From assembly GCA_964106915.2 (NCBI GenBank), contig OZ066914.1: a stretch of DNA of 64,000 bases; one strand, given 5' to 3'. The notes under the pieces were generated by a model. That model saw nothing but the letters and a program-made list of their open reading frames with translations, was not told the DNA's origin and did not search any database. Shown piece after piece: positions 39,801 through 50,079 of the stretch. A program made the translations under genes and the position numbers. This DNA is from Podarcis gaigeae. Lineage: Eukaryota. Each line of letters begins with the position of its first letter. Position 1 is the stretch's first letter.

Positions 39801-40405
39801 AAAGGACTCAGCTTTCAGATGCTACGGATTGCTGTGCTCACGTAGTGGGTAGGAAGGATGTGTATGTCTAGAGCCCCTTATCTTTGCCAGGTTTGCTTTG
39901 CAGTTAAAAACACAGCCTTTGATACTATCTGTGCCACAAGCTGAATTCTCCTGCAAGGTTTCAAAGCACCCTAATAGGTCCTCCAGGGGTCTGCTACCTA
40001 ATTTCAACATCAAAATTCCACCAGCAGCCAGATTCAGAGCTGCTGGGAAGCCTTATCGCATACATGTAAGAGAAAGCTGTGGTTATTAGGAACGACATGG
40101 AGCTGCCTTATAACAAGTCAGGCCAGTGGTCTATCTTGCTCAGTATTGTCTACACTGATTGGCAGCAGCTCTTCGGGATTTCATGCTGGGCTTTCCTACA
40201 TAGAGATACCTTATGCATGCAAAGCAAGTGCAGTTCCTCTGAACTATGGCCCTTCTGTAAATAGGGATTGCCGCTCTGTATGTGCTCAGAGACACTTACT
40301 TCCTTATGTTTAATTTGCACCCCAGCGATGACAAAAAGAATGAGGAGTGCACAGATTCTGGGGCTCCTGCTTCAAATTTAGTCCTAATATCTGCCTGCCT
40401 GTCTA

Positions 40406-40449
<44 letters not shown>

Positions 40450-41367
40450 CTAGCTGCTGCTGCTACAGCACTTCTTTGCCCAGTTCTATTCAGTGAAAAA
40501 GGCCCAGGTGTTTACGGGGCGACAAGTGTTCAACACGGCCTGCAGGAAGCCCCCATTCTTCCTGCAATGCCTCTACCTGCGGCAGAGGGCTGTTCCATGC
40601 CTCTGATACACTTCTAAAGAGGTGCAGGGGCTCAAGCCTGCCCAAGAGCCAACAACCAGAGTGGACCCCTTGCACCACTAATCCCAGAGGCATTCCTTGG
40701 AAACTGCTGTGTTGACTCACTCTGTGAATGGTCTGAGGCATAATTTCACCACTTCTAGGGCTGCGCTGGAAAGAGGGAGAAGCCCTAGCTGTGGTTTAAC
40801 CCTCAACAGGTCTGAAGACCCGGAGCCACCCATATCTGAGAAGAGCAGTAATCATGGATCCTTTCACAAACCTTGCTGCCGGTACAGAGACCAGGCAGAG
40901 CACCTTTGCCCACCGCCACCACCACCTCTCACTTTGCCCGTACCTTCCATATCTGTGACAGTCACAGTGGCGCTGCTGACCACTTCGCCATGTTCATTCT
41001 TGGCCATGCATTTGTAGAGTCCAGCGTCGGCTGCTTTGCAGCTGCAGATCCGGAGGCTGCCATACTCCTCCTCTTGGCCGTCCTGCTCCTTGGTGGATGC
41101 GATGGGCACTTTCTCCTTGTACCAGCTCAGGTGCGGCTGGGGGCTGCCTGCCACCACAACCTTCAGCAGGATGCTATGGCCGATGCTGACCGTTGTGTCT
41201 GTCAGCTCCTGCAGGAAGACCGGCGCAGCAGCAGCAGGGCTTCCCTGCTCAGTCATCGCAACTTTGGCTCTTTTGGGAGGGATGGCAGGGCTTGGGGGGG
41301 CTCTCCCTGAGCCCCGTCCCGTCCCCCCAGCCGGATGGAGGTTGCTCTGCCCCTGAGATCTCTGCAT
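1032..41367 (-). CDS. SPEG: SPEG (striated muscle enriched protein kinase), 5' partial CDS: join(41367-40944,8014-7925,6058-5716,2425-1032); continues off the left end
   Basis: Splice phases are consistent (1,1,2,1). Motifs [15 protein letters not shown], an Ig domain, [49 protein letters not shown] and [12 protein letters not shown] match the SPEG N-terminus. Synteny downstream of DES. Confidence 0.95.
2686..2812. mobile_element. Short MITE with CCAGTGCTATTTTT / AAAAAGCACATGG ends
   Basis: Terminal inverted repeats; internal GGTGCCGGTACT twice; related piece near 25975-26097. Confidence 0.5.
4372..4509 (-). mobile_element. tRNA-Asn-derived SINE with CR1-type tail
   Basis: Head with CTGTTAACC anticodon arm; tail CCAACTCTATGATTCTATGATT. 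Confidence 0.75.
5716..6058 (-). CDS. SPEG: SPEG exon 3 (343 nt)
   Basis: ESDTLVDAS...[17 protein letters not shown]...YRGRALSLH(V); GTAAGT donor. Confidence 0.95.
6640..6920 (+). mobile_element. Ancient CR1 remnant
   Basis: Degenerate similarity to the CR1 ORF2 end (TTTAAACTAAAGGA...GAGGTTGGAAA...AGAAGGTTGCTAAC). Confidence 0.45.
7132..7169. repeat. (TA)n microsatellite
   Basis: Seen directly in the sequence. Confidence 0.95.
7925..8014 (-). CDS. SPEG: SPEG exon 2 (90 nt)
   Basis: (D)[29 protein letters not shown](G); TTCAG acceptor, GTGAGG donor. Confidence 0.93.
9765..9830. repeat. Purine tract and (AG)n microsatellite
   Basis: GGAAA/GGGAGA repeats then (AG)n. Confidence 0.9.
12352..12391 (-). 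CDS. SPEG: SPEG alternative second exon ([13 protein letters not shown]+G, 40 nt)
   Basis: Long pyrimidine tract plus TTTGCAG acceptor; G|GTGCGT donor; phase 0 to 1 joins exon 2 as H-D-S-E-T. Confidence 0.85.
14850..16150. promoter_or_regulatory. CpG island / internal SPEG promoter
   Basis: Very GC- and CpG-rich compared with its flanks; GC boxes, three TGACG half-sites (14933, 14973, 14993), G-rich tract 15706-15780; contains the alternative first exon. Confidence 0.85.
15442..15474 (-). CDS. SPEG: SPEG alternative first coding exon ([11 protein letters not shown]), BPEG-type isoform
   Basis: ATG in a CpG island, 11 codons, donor CAG|GTAACG; in frame with 12352-12391 and exon 2. Confidence 0.85.
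24365..24700. repeat. Foldback palindromic MITE
   Basis: GGCTCATGGTTTGTTTCTCCCAAACAAAC vs GTTTGTTTGGAGAGAAACAAACCATGAGCC; outer CCATGAATGAAAC / GTTTCATTCATGG. Confidence 0.8.
29301..29432. other. Assembly gap (132 N)
   Basis: Run of N. Confidence 1.
30985..31221 (+). mobile_element. 5'-truncated Sauria SINE
   Basis: CTGCCAACCTAGCAGTT...GCAAGTAGATAAATAGGTACC...ACCTTT tail; flanking repeat TACTGTTCTG at 30977-30986 and 31222-31231. Confidence 0.88.
36391..36544 (-). mobile_element. tRNA-Asn-derived SINE with CR1-type tail (second copy)
   Basis: TGTGGCGCAATAGGT...GTTCAAGCCCACCCAGGGA head; ATTCTATG tail. Confidence 0.78.
37133..37262 (+). mobile_element. tRNA-Lys-derived SINE with CR1-type tail
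   Basis: ATAGCTCAACTGGTAGAACATGAGA...GGGTTTGAACCC head; ATTCTATGATTCTATG tail. Confidence 0.72.
38960..39260. promoter_or_regulatory. Candidate muscle enhancer in SPEG intron 1
   Basis: CArG CCATATTAGG 39028-39037; MCAT CATTCC 39006-39011 and GGAATG 39244-39249; E-boxes 39062 and 39145. Confidence 0.55.
40399..40448. repeat. (CTGT)n/(CTAT)n microsatellite
   Basis: Seen directly in the sequence. Confidence 0.9.
40944..41367 (-). CDS. SPEG: SPEG exon 1 (long-isoform start; I-set Ig domain)
   Basis: MQRSQG...PPKRAKV...APVFLQEL...LSWYKE...[15 protein letters not shown]; donor G|GTACGG. Confidence 0.93.
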
Positions 41368-41399
41368 GGCTCGGTGGGGCCTGCACACCTGTCACGTCG

Positions 41400-42090
41400 A
41401 GTACTGCCTGGGCTTGCAGATCTAGTCCATAACAAAAGCCCCTCTTCTAGCAGGCTGGGAATCCCACCGGCCACCTGGGCCCTGGCAGCGCTCCCCAAGC
41501 AGCCGTCCCCCTTGCTTGATGTTCACCCTCTGCGCGCGTGTGACCTCCCACCCCCGGCTGCTGGGTACCTGCCAGGGGGCATGGACACCGCAGCCCCAGG
41601 TGCCTGCCCACCCAGCCGGACAAAGTCCCAGAAGGTCATTCCTCTGCCGGGCAGGGGGTTATTTTTAGGATGCTCTCAGGTTGCAGCCAGCCCATCCCAG
41701 CACTTCAAGAGAGCCGGGCTGGTTGGTGCAGGCTGAGACGGCCCTCCTGAGTTTGCTCACCAGCACTCACTTCTCCCCAACCCACAACTCCTAAAACTTT
41801 CCCTACCTCTTAGCAGACTTGGTGCCTCCCCTATCCCAAAGGATCCCCCTATTTTTTTCTTTTCTGTGGAGCCCAGGACCAATGAGTCCCCAGCCCCTAT
41901 GCAGTTTCCAACATGCCCCCCCCCCCCGTCTCCCCCTGCTCCTCCTCCTCCCAAATAGCAGCTGCCATCTGATGTGTCACATTCCTTGACCCAAGCTGAG
42001 AAGAGCAGAGCGCATGACTGGGGCGGCTTAGCTTTCCTTGCAAAGATAGACATGGGAGGATGGGGCTTTCCATATTAAGGCCTTGGGGGC
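41400..42090 (-). promoter_or_regulatory. SPEG muscle promoter region with a MEF2 site
   Basis: Consensus MEF2 TTATTTTTAG at 41659-41668; E-boxes CAGCTG/CATCTG at about 41959-41971; one-mismatch CArG-like CATATTAAGG at 42071-42080. Confidence 0.65.
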
Positions 42091-42214
42091 TTTTCAGGCC
42101 CAGCCCTCACTTACCTGTCCCTACGCAAACTGTGCTGGGGACACCTGGAAGACTGGCTGGGGAGACAATGGGAGCTTCTAGGCCCAGCCTGCTCTGTGAG
42201 CGTTTGTCCTGATT

Positions 42215-42500
42215 TAAGAACAGAAGCAGAGCCTGGCTGGATCAGGCCAGTGACCTGCCTGGTCCAGCTTCCTGTTCTCACAGTGGCCAACCAGATGCTT
42301 GTGGTGAAAGTGCAAGCAGGATCTAAGCGCAGGAGCGCTTTCTCCTCCGCTGTGGTCTCCAGCAACTAGCATTTGGAAGCACTGCTGCCTCCAGCTGTGG
42401 AGGCACAACATAGCCGACATGGCTGGCAGCCCTCAGCGCTTTCCTCCCTCAATTTGTCTATTCTTCTTTTAAAGCCATCTAGGTTGATGGCTATCACTGG
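42215..42500 (-). mobile_element. CR1 LINE 3' end fragment
   Basis: AAGAACAGAAGCAGAGCCTGGCTGGATCAGGCCAGTG...TCTTTTAAAGCCATC, typical of squamate CR1 3' ends; related pieces near 11240-11460 and 37568-37640. Confidence 0.6.
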
Positions 42501-42711
42501 CATTTGGTCCCACACGTGTTCCAGTGCATTTCCCCCAGCCACTTTCCCTGCTGTAAAAAAAGTCCAATCTTGGGGAAATGGGTTTGTGGTGCAAGAGCTC
42601 CCTATTCACTCTAATGGTGCAACCTGATTATATGGTGGGATCTCACCCTCAAAATAGTGACAATTTGGAAGTGTGTTTTCCCCATGTAGCCCAGTGGCCA
42701 CAAGAATATTG

Positions 42712-43000
42712 TTTTTGTTTTAAATAATATTTATTAAATTTTCCAGAATAAAAAAGAAAGATAGAAAGAAAAGAAAAATATAGTTTACACTTAGTTTCAG
42801 TAACATCTTTCCCGGACTTCCCCCCCTCCCCCTCTTGTATTCCATTTCCCTTAAGTTGATTCCACAAATTCTTACCCCGAATTTTAAAGCCTTATTATAA
42901 TTTTAAATAACCCATTTATTCCAAATTAATTTATCTTATTTAACCATTTCTCCTTATATTTTATATACTTCCCTAAGGTCGACCCCATTTCCCTTCCACG
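42712..43000 (-). mobile_element. L1-like 3' UTR fragment
   Basis: T-rich end with TTTATT, AT-rich body with the CCGGACTTCCCCCC motif similar to the GAGGAAGTCAGG motif in the 55.8-kb copy; close to an assembly gap. Confidence 0.5.
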
Positions 43001-43195
43001 AATTCCCCTATTTTCAAACAACAGACAAGAAAAAAAAAGGTAGGGGGACCCCACAAACAAAGCACAGGGAGAAGAGCGAGATGATCGTTCCAGCTTGCCA
43101 GCTGCAATGCTTGCACAGAGAGAATGTCCATCACAGTGCAATGTTGGATTCTGCCCATTAATTCCATAGATTGCACTTCCCCGTATATTGATTTT

Positions 43196-43481
43196 NNNNN
43201 NNNNNNNNNNNNNNNNNNNNNNNNNNNNNNNNNNNNNNNNNNNNNNNNNNNNNNNNNNNNNNNNNNNNNNNNNNNNNNNNNNNNNNNNNNNNNNNNNNNN
43301 NNNNNNNNNNNNNNNNNNNNNNNNNNNNNNNNNNNNNNNNNNNNNNNNNNNNNNNNNNNNNNNNNNNNNNNNNNNNNNNNNNNNNNNNNNNNNNNNNNNN
43401 NNNNNNNNNNNNNNNNNNNNNNNNNNNNNNNNNNNNNNNNNNNNNNNNNNNNNNNNNNNNNNNNNNNNNNNNNNNNNNNNN
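43196..43481. other. Assembly gap (286 N)
   Basis: Run of N. Confidence 1.
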
Positions 43482-45159
43482 GTTTTTATCAATCTATAAT
43501 GAGCCTCCCAGTGAATTAAGTTGAAGTACCAATGAACTATCTCACTAAAAACATACTACATAAACAGTACGATTTATCATTCACATTGTCTTTAAACTCT
43601 TAATTGGTATTGTAAGGAATATCACTGAAATATTCGAAAAGCTGTCTGTAAAGTTATTCAGAATCCAAGAACAATGATGTAAGAGTGCCTGGATGATGGG
43701 TGGACACAAGGTGTTAGAGTTTTGTAACAAATTAGCACAGAAGAAGAAAGTGAATGCAGAATAAAATTAGATGCTAGACAGGGTCTTCCTTTTCTTAGGG
43801 TTCCTACTTCACATTAGCAGTTTAAACAGTAACACTTATTGTCCTTGCAAAGTTGCATTTTAGTTGGCTGTGGCTGACAATTTTTTGTCAAAGCTCAGTA
43901 TGTTTTAAGAGTTGAACCTCTGCCATCAGAAATAAGTACCATTGGGTTCCTTATTCCTAGGAAATTATGCATTTGATTGCAACCATGCTGATCCTAATAA
44001 ACTGAGCATCATGCTGTGTGCTGCTGCTCTTTGTGTGGTGTGTGTGAGAGAGAGAGGGAGATTATATACACCTATAATAACTGATCAACACATCTCTCTG
44101 CATTTTGGGGTTCTTGAGGATGTAGGCGGCTATGGAGGGGTCTGTCATTATCATCATCCTCATCATCATGACTGATATTGTTATTATTTATTAAACTTCT
44201 ATACCACCGTTCATCCAGAAATCGCAAGGTGGTTTACAAATGACTCAGGACTCTTGCACGTCAGCATTTACTACTACACCACTGCCAGAAGCGAAAGTGG
44301 GAGGTAATATGATCTGGTTTGTAGCAGGAGGCAGAAAGGAAGATAACACTGGTTTTGTGTTTGTGGAGTGGGTGGGGTAGAGGAGAAATAAGAATCACAG
44401 CCAGGGAAGATAAAAAAAGAATTAGGGTGTTGGAGAAGGAATGGAGAGAATGTGCAAGTCCTCACTCGGCCATAATGCTCACCTGGGGCAGCTGTCATCT
44501 TTCAGCCTAGCTTACCTCCCAGGGTTTTTGTTCAGATTAAATTGGAGGGGGCAGAACAATGCACATCACTATGAGCTCCTTGGAGGAAGGGCATGACATA
44601 AACGTAATGAATTAAGAGAGGGAGGCTGGCAAGAGCTGGTAAAGATGGATGGGAAGAGAGGGGGGAGGGAGGGAAGGAGGGAGGGAGGAAGAGGAAGGTT
44701 ATGGATGCACAGGCCGATGAAGCCAGATCAGAGACCTGAGAGTGCAAGAAAAAGGAGGCAGGGAGAGAGAGAGAATAGGGGAGGCACAGAGCCAGATAGT
44801 GCTGGCTCAAGGATTTGGGGACATCTGCTAAATCTGGGGAGCCCAGGGCCAAGAAAACAGGAAGGATAAACTCTGCACTGGAGGAACATTGGCAGAGTGG
44901 TAAAATCAGTGTAGGTTCCAGCTACATGATTTGCTACAGAAGGCTCTGACAGGTGGAGGAGCCAGGAGCAGCCCACAGCCTTATGTAGGATAATTGTAAA
45001 AAACCAGCCCGAGAGAAATTGATGGATAACAATAATCAACAATCATAAAACGCAATGAAAGCAAAGGATCAAAATTAAGGCTCCTCCTGCTCTGGGATTC
45101 AATCCATTGTGGAGAACTATTGCATAGCCTGGTGCCAGGCCCGGGGAAGGGTTGAACTA

Positions 45160-45175
45160 TGCTGCCACCTGCTGG
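45160..45175 (-). promoter_or_regulatory. CTCF-like motif between DES and SPEG
   Basis: CCAGCAGGTGGCAGCA matches the CTCF core consensus. Confidence 0.55.
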
Positions 45176-45392
45176 ATATCGGTTGCCTTTGTGCCAGGTA
45201 GTTTAGTTGATCTCATGAAAGAAGGAAAAAGGATGTGCTGCATTGGATCAGGCAGATCCTTTGAATACATTGCACTCCTTTTGCATTAAAAGTTATTCAC
45301 TTAGGCCCAAAAAGAACCTTGTCTCTGCCAAAAAGACTTGCTGGGGGGGGGGGGCAGAATGACTTCCCGTCTCTGTTCTTGGTGAAAGCCCT

Positions 45393-45756
45393 AAAGGTAA
45401 AGGTAAAGGTACCCCTGCCCGTGCGGGCCAGTCTTGACAGACTCTGGGGTTGTGCGCCCATCTCACTCAAGAGGCCAGGGGCCAGCGCTGTCCGGAGACA
45501 CTTCCGGGTCACGTGGCCAGCGTGACATCGCTGCTCTGGCGAGCCAGAGCCGCACACGGAAACGCCGTTTACCTTCCCGCTGGTAAGCGGTCCCTATTTA
45601 TCTACTTGCACCCGGAGGTGCTTTCGAACTGCTAGGTTGGCAGGCGCTGGGACCGAGCAGCGGGAGCGCACCCCGCCGCAGGGATTCCAACCGCCGACCT
45701 TTCAATCGGCAAGTCCTAGGCGCTGAGGCTTTTACCCACAGCGCCACCTGCGTCCC
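45393..45756 (-). mobile_element. Full-length Sauria SINE (young) with 12-bp TSD
   Basis: Head GGGACGCAGGTGGCGCTGTGGG, (ACCTTT)n tail, TSD GGTGAAAGCCCT at 45381-45392 and 45757-45768; CpGs retained. Confidence 0.92.
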
Positions 45757-45927
45757 GGTGAAAGCCCTGCCTGCAATCTATTTAGGGCAGGAGCGAGGAA
45801 TATTTCTCAGCCCAAGGGTCACATTCTGACCTGGGCAACCTTCTGGGGGCCACATGCCTGTGGCGGGCAGGGCCACAAGCAAAGGGTGAATTTTACTTTT
45901 GTACAGTAGGCTAACAAAAACTTTTGC

Positions 45928-46169
45928 AAGTGGTAACTCAGGTTACATACGCTTCAGGTTACATACGCTTCAGGTTATAGACTCTGCTAACCTAGAAATA
46001 GTGCTTCAGATTAAGAACTTTGCTTCAGGATGAGAACAGAAATCGTGCTCTGGTGGCGTGGCAGCAGCAGGAGGCCCCATTAGCTAAAGTGGTGCTTCAG
46101 GTTAAGAACAGTTTCAGGTTAAGAATGGACCTCCGGAACAAATTAAGTACTTAACCTGAGGTACCACTG
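45928..46169. mobile_element. Tc1/mariner (Tigger-like) MITE
   Basis: TIRs AGTGGTAACTCAGGTTA ... TAACCTGAGGTACCACTG followed by TA; internal CTTCAGGTTA repeats. Confidence 0.75.
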
Positions 46170-46367
46170 TAATGGGAAAAAATTATAAGTTACCTTGCAG
46201 AACACTGAAAACAATTAAAATTTTTGGCAGGATCGTAACAACACTTGTAATGTAACAGAACTATGGTAAAAATGGAATTTTAAGGCAGGACAAGAGTCTC
46301 AAAGATGTGTTCTCCCAAGCCCACATTTCCAGCATTTTCGCACTTCTGTCTCAATGACATTTATGCT

Positions 46368-46770
46368 GCCTTGGTCATGTCCACAGAGTGGAAGATGGCA
46401 GGATCCCCAAGGAGATGCTTTACAGGGAGTTGAGTTGGCAGGTCAACTCTGCATTACAAAGATGTCTGCAAACATGGCATGAAGGCTGACATCATGCCTT
46501 CCAGACAACCACAGCGCCTTGAGACAGTCAGATTGTGCGTCCACAGCAGTGGCCAGAGGAGAAAGGACTGCTGGGAGGAGTACAGAATGAAGAAATGTCC
46601 TGGTACATCTGTAGCAGTGAAACCAGAAGCCTTCATCTGCCCTACCTGCAATAAAACATGTCTCTCCTATATTGGTCTCCACAGCAGGCGCTGTAACTCT
46701 CCAGCAGCTTGACTTTACCCTTGATGGCTCACTCTTCCATTGTCTCTTGAGACAGACGGATGCCAACAAT
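46368..46770 (+). mobile_element. RTE-clade LINE 3' remnant
   Basis: LGHVHRVEDGRIPKEMLY and zinc-finger-like FICPTCNKTCLSYIGLHSRRC with frameshifts; ends ...GACAGACGGATGCCAACAA. Confidence 0.75.
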
Positions 46771-48586
46771 AGGACCTTGTAGACTTGTAAGGATTTCTGA
46801 GCTAATGTATGTGAAGGGCTTTGAACACTCAAAACGTGCTATATTATAAAGTTGTTAGTGAGCCTTGTCAAGGAAATGAGCACATCTCGGGCTTTAAGCC
46901 TTTGAAGATGGTGTAGCAAATGAAAAGAGAGAGAGAGAGAGCAAGGAAAAATATAATGATGAATGCATTTCTCCATCTCTAGTTCTATGTGGGGCCCAGG
47001 GAACTGTGGTGAAACTGAACAGTGCTTCAGAAAATGCCAAACACCCCCACAAGAAATGCTAAGAGCAAAGCTGCCCCTCCTATTTTTTCTTAACAGAGAG
47101 CAGCTGATATTCCACATGAGGAAAAAGAGCCTTCTGGCAAATTAGATAAAGATGATAGAAATCACGGGCTTACATGCGGGGCTAATGAGAGTTTGTGTTT
47201 GGTGGGGCTGTTATTGCACCAGCGAAGGAAGCTTAGCTAATAAAGCGATCCAATGATTGCAGGGGGTGGACTTGATGACTCTCAGGGACCCTGCCAACTC
47301 TACAATTCTCTATTTCTGTGCAATTCTATCATGGACGAAAAACTGCCAAATATTCTTTTTTAGCCCTGAGCAATGAACCACGTGCTGGTTCATGTGATAC
47401 AATTACTCTGAAAGGAAGCCACACTTCCACACATGCTTGTAATAAAGACACCTATGCATAGTGTGAGGCACACAAGAGTTTGTGTCATTACCCAGTATTC
47501 TCCCATGCAGGCAGTGTGCGGAAGTATAGAAGTATAAATGGGTGTGTGTGTGTTTAATCTTATAAACCAACAATTCTGGGAAGAATGACAAATCTCTTAC
47601 AGAAAAGCAGCAGCATAAAAGATCAATGTGCCTAAGGGTGTCGCCAGATGGACCTTTTATAGCCTTTCTCTGTGGTTCATTCCTTTTGTTTACAGGGAAT
47701 CCACAGAACATCAGCCCTTCCCGACAAGCTGTTTATTGAGCATTCATTCTGATTTGCTTGCAGGTATATTAGAAAATGTTAGCTATTTAATTAGCATTCA
47801 CTCTGATTTGTTTGTGGGGAGGTTAACTGACTTTGCACCAAAGCAGTATCATTTTATACTTCTGTTGCATTTCCCCAACACTTCTCTCATTGCAGACAAA
47901 GCCCATTGGTGTATGGAGAAGGGTCATCGCTCAACGGTGGATCTTCTGCTTTGCATCCCTGGCTCAATCTCTACCCATCTCAAGTAGGGCTGGGAAAAAC
48001 TCCTTGCCTGAACCCCTAGAGAGCCATTGCCATCTTAACCGATGCTAGTGAAAATCCTCAGAGCGTGGGGCAGTTCATTCATGGAAAGCTGGCATACTTA
48101 GAGAACAAAAGAGAGCAGGGAAGGCAAATATCAAGTGTGTGAACTCAGAATTCTTCTTTGGGTACCAGTGCAGTTCTGTAATTCACCCAACAGTTGCCAG
48201 TGGTACATCTTTGTGCACAACATTGGACTGGGAGGGAAGATGTAGAAATCCTGGGTACAAAGTGGACGTTTTGTGCTTAGCAATCCAGAAGACAACACAG
48301 CTGTCAGTACATATATTAGTTCATGGACATAGCGGATATATAATGTACTTATTAAGTGGACGGAAGAAAGCTTCATCAAAAGATACACCCATTTTAATAA
48401 AGAATATGAGAGATTATTAAACATTACCTGCTCAACCATGCAGCATCCCAACATCTGTAGTATTTCATATGATCAAATTAATGTTGATCCAAGACATGAG
48501 AGTTATGGATACAAGGACTCTTATTGATTCAAAATCCAGGTGATCTATTGATTTTAAAACTGTGGCTCTTCTGGCCCCATGCTGGG

Positions 48587-48625
48587 GTGTGTGTGTGTGT
48601 GTGTGTGTGGGTGTGTGTGTGGGTG
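48587..48625. repeat. (GT)n microsatellite
   Basis: Seen directly in the sequence. Confidence 0.9.
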
Positions 48626-49562
48626 ACAGAGAGCATATGCATACACATGTTTCCATATACCGTATATATGCATAAACACATACATGCACATATACTTGTT
48701 GAATATTTTCAGCTCATGGTCAGTGACGGCCTTCCGTGAATCACTGGCCTGCAATAGGCCAGTGGACAAGTTTGTAATTTGCTCTTGAATTTCCAGAATA
48801 GTGTTACTAAAAGTAAAGTCACATTAGTTTTTGCAACTATATTATGCATCAACAAACATTGCATGTTATTAATATTCTCAGTGTGGCAACTGATAATATT
48901 TCAACTGTCAAAATGAATTTTTGTACTGCCTAAATACTTAGGAAGGCAATTTCTGTGCAGAGACAGCCTTCTGTCACAGATGTATATTTATGTGTTAGTC
49001 GTGAAAGGGTAACTTGTTGATTGCAAGACCAATTTCAGAAACGAACATGTTTGTTACAGGAAAGTAGCGATACTACAGTATGATAAGTATTTGGTGCTTT
49101 TATTGTTGATGATTAATGCCGGAAGGTTGTTTTTTAATTATATGGTTGTCAATACATATGTCTTACAAAGATGTTCAAAGCAGCCTGGGAATTATTATTC
49201 ATTACATTGTAACTGCATCCATCGGCTTTGCCTGTTGCATTTTTGCTGCTTTTGGTGAAGCCCACTTTTCTTTTGTTTGCAGATATAAGTCAAATCTCCC
49301 ACTGCTTGGGCTGCATTTGTATTTTAAAATCAGCAAATAGATTACTCAGGAGGGGAAGGGTTACATCTAGATTCATCTTTTATGCACAGAAGTATTCCAA
49401 GTATTCCTTTTGTCACACAGGAGAGCCCATTTCAGGAATGCCATGAAGCATCCTCAAACCTGAAGTTATAAATAACAGTCCTTAAGATTTGCATAGCACT
49501 TTGAAGAATGGAAGTGCTTCCCATGCATTATCTTAGCAGCAATCCTTCCAACAGCCTTATAA

Positions 49563-49702
49563 AGCAAGGACGGGGAGACTGTGGCCCTCTCTAGGTTCCT
49601 GGACTACAACTCCCATCTCCCCTAACCATTGGCCCTGCTGGCTGGGGCTGATGGGAGCTGGAGTCCAACAACACCTGGAGGACCACAGGCACCCCATCCC
49701 TG
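49563..49702. mobile_element. Short hAT-like MITE (ACTACAACTCCCAT family); related copies near 565-690, 12098-12220, 24085-24265, 51860-51952, 60750-60830 and 61075-61350
   Basis: Shared internal palindrome GGACTACAACTCCCATC...GATGGGAG(T)TG(T/G)AGTCC with CAGGG/CCCTG-like ends. Confidence 0.6.
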
Positions 49703-50079
49703 CTGTAAAGTAAACCAGTATTGTGGGGCTCATGGGAGGATGGACCCCTTTCTTCCTGGGCATGGGGATATCCAGGAGACCTTGGGCTGCAGTACAGAGT
49801 GTAGGTTCATGTACGGTTGCTCCTGTCTGACTTTGAGGCACATCCATGTGCTTGTAACAGCTGCATGGCAGAGAGACGTCTAGCTGGGTGCTGAGGAGAC
49901 GGTTCGATCAAGCCATTGTGTGTCACACAGTTCTAGGAAGGCACAGACGCCCAGTTTTGAACGACCATTGACCAGACAAGGCTTTTATCATCATTATTGA
50001 TAAAGAATTGTGTGTGATCACATGGGATAAGACTCGCCCAGGCAAAGGCATGCAACGGGATGGGAAAAGACACAGACCA

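Noticed and set aside
42926-43519. ORFs of 103-188 aa
   Set aside because: Artefacts of translating through an N gap (the same at 29163-29522)
45940-46130. CRISPR-like short direct repeats (CTTCAGGTTA)
   Set aside because: Eukaryotic DNA with irregular spacing; internal to a mariner MITE
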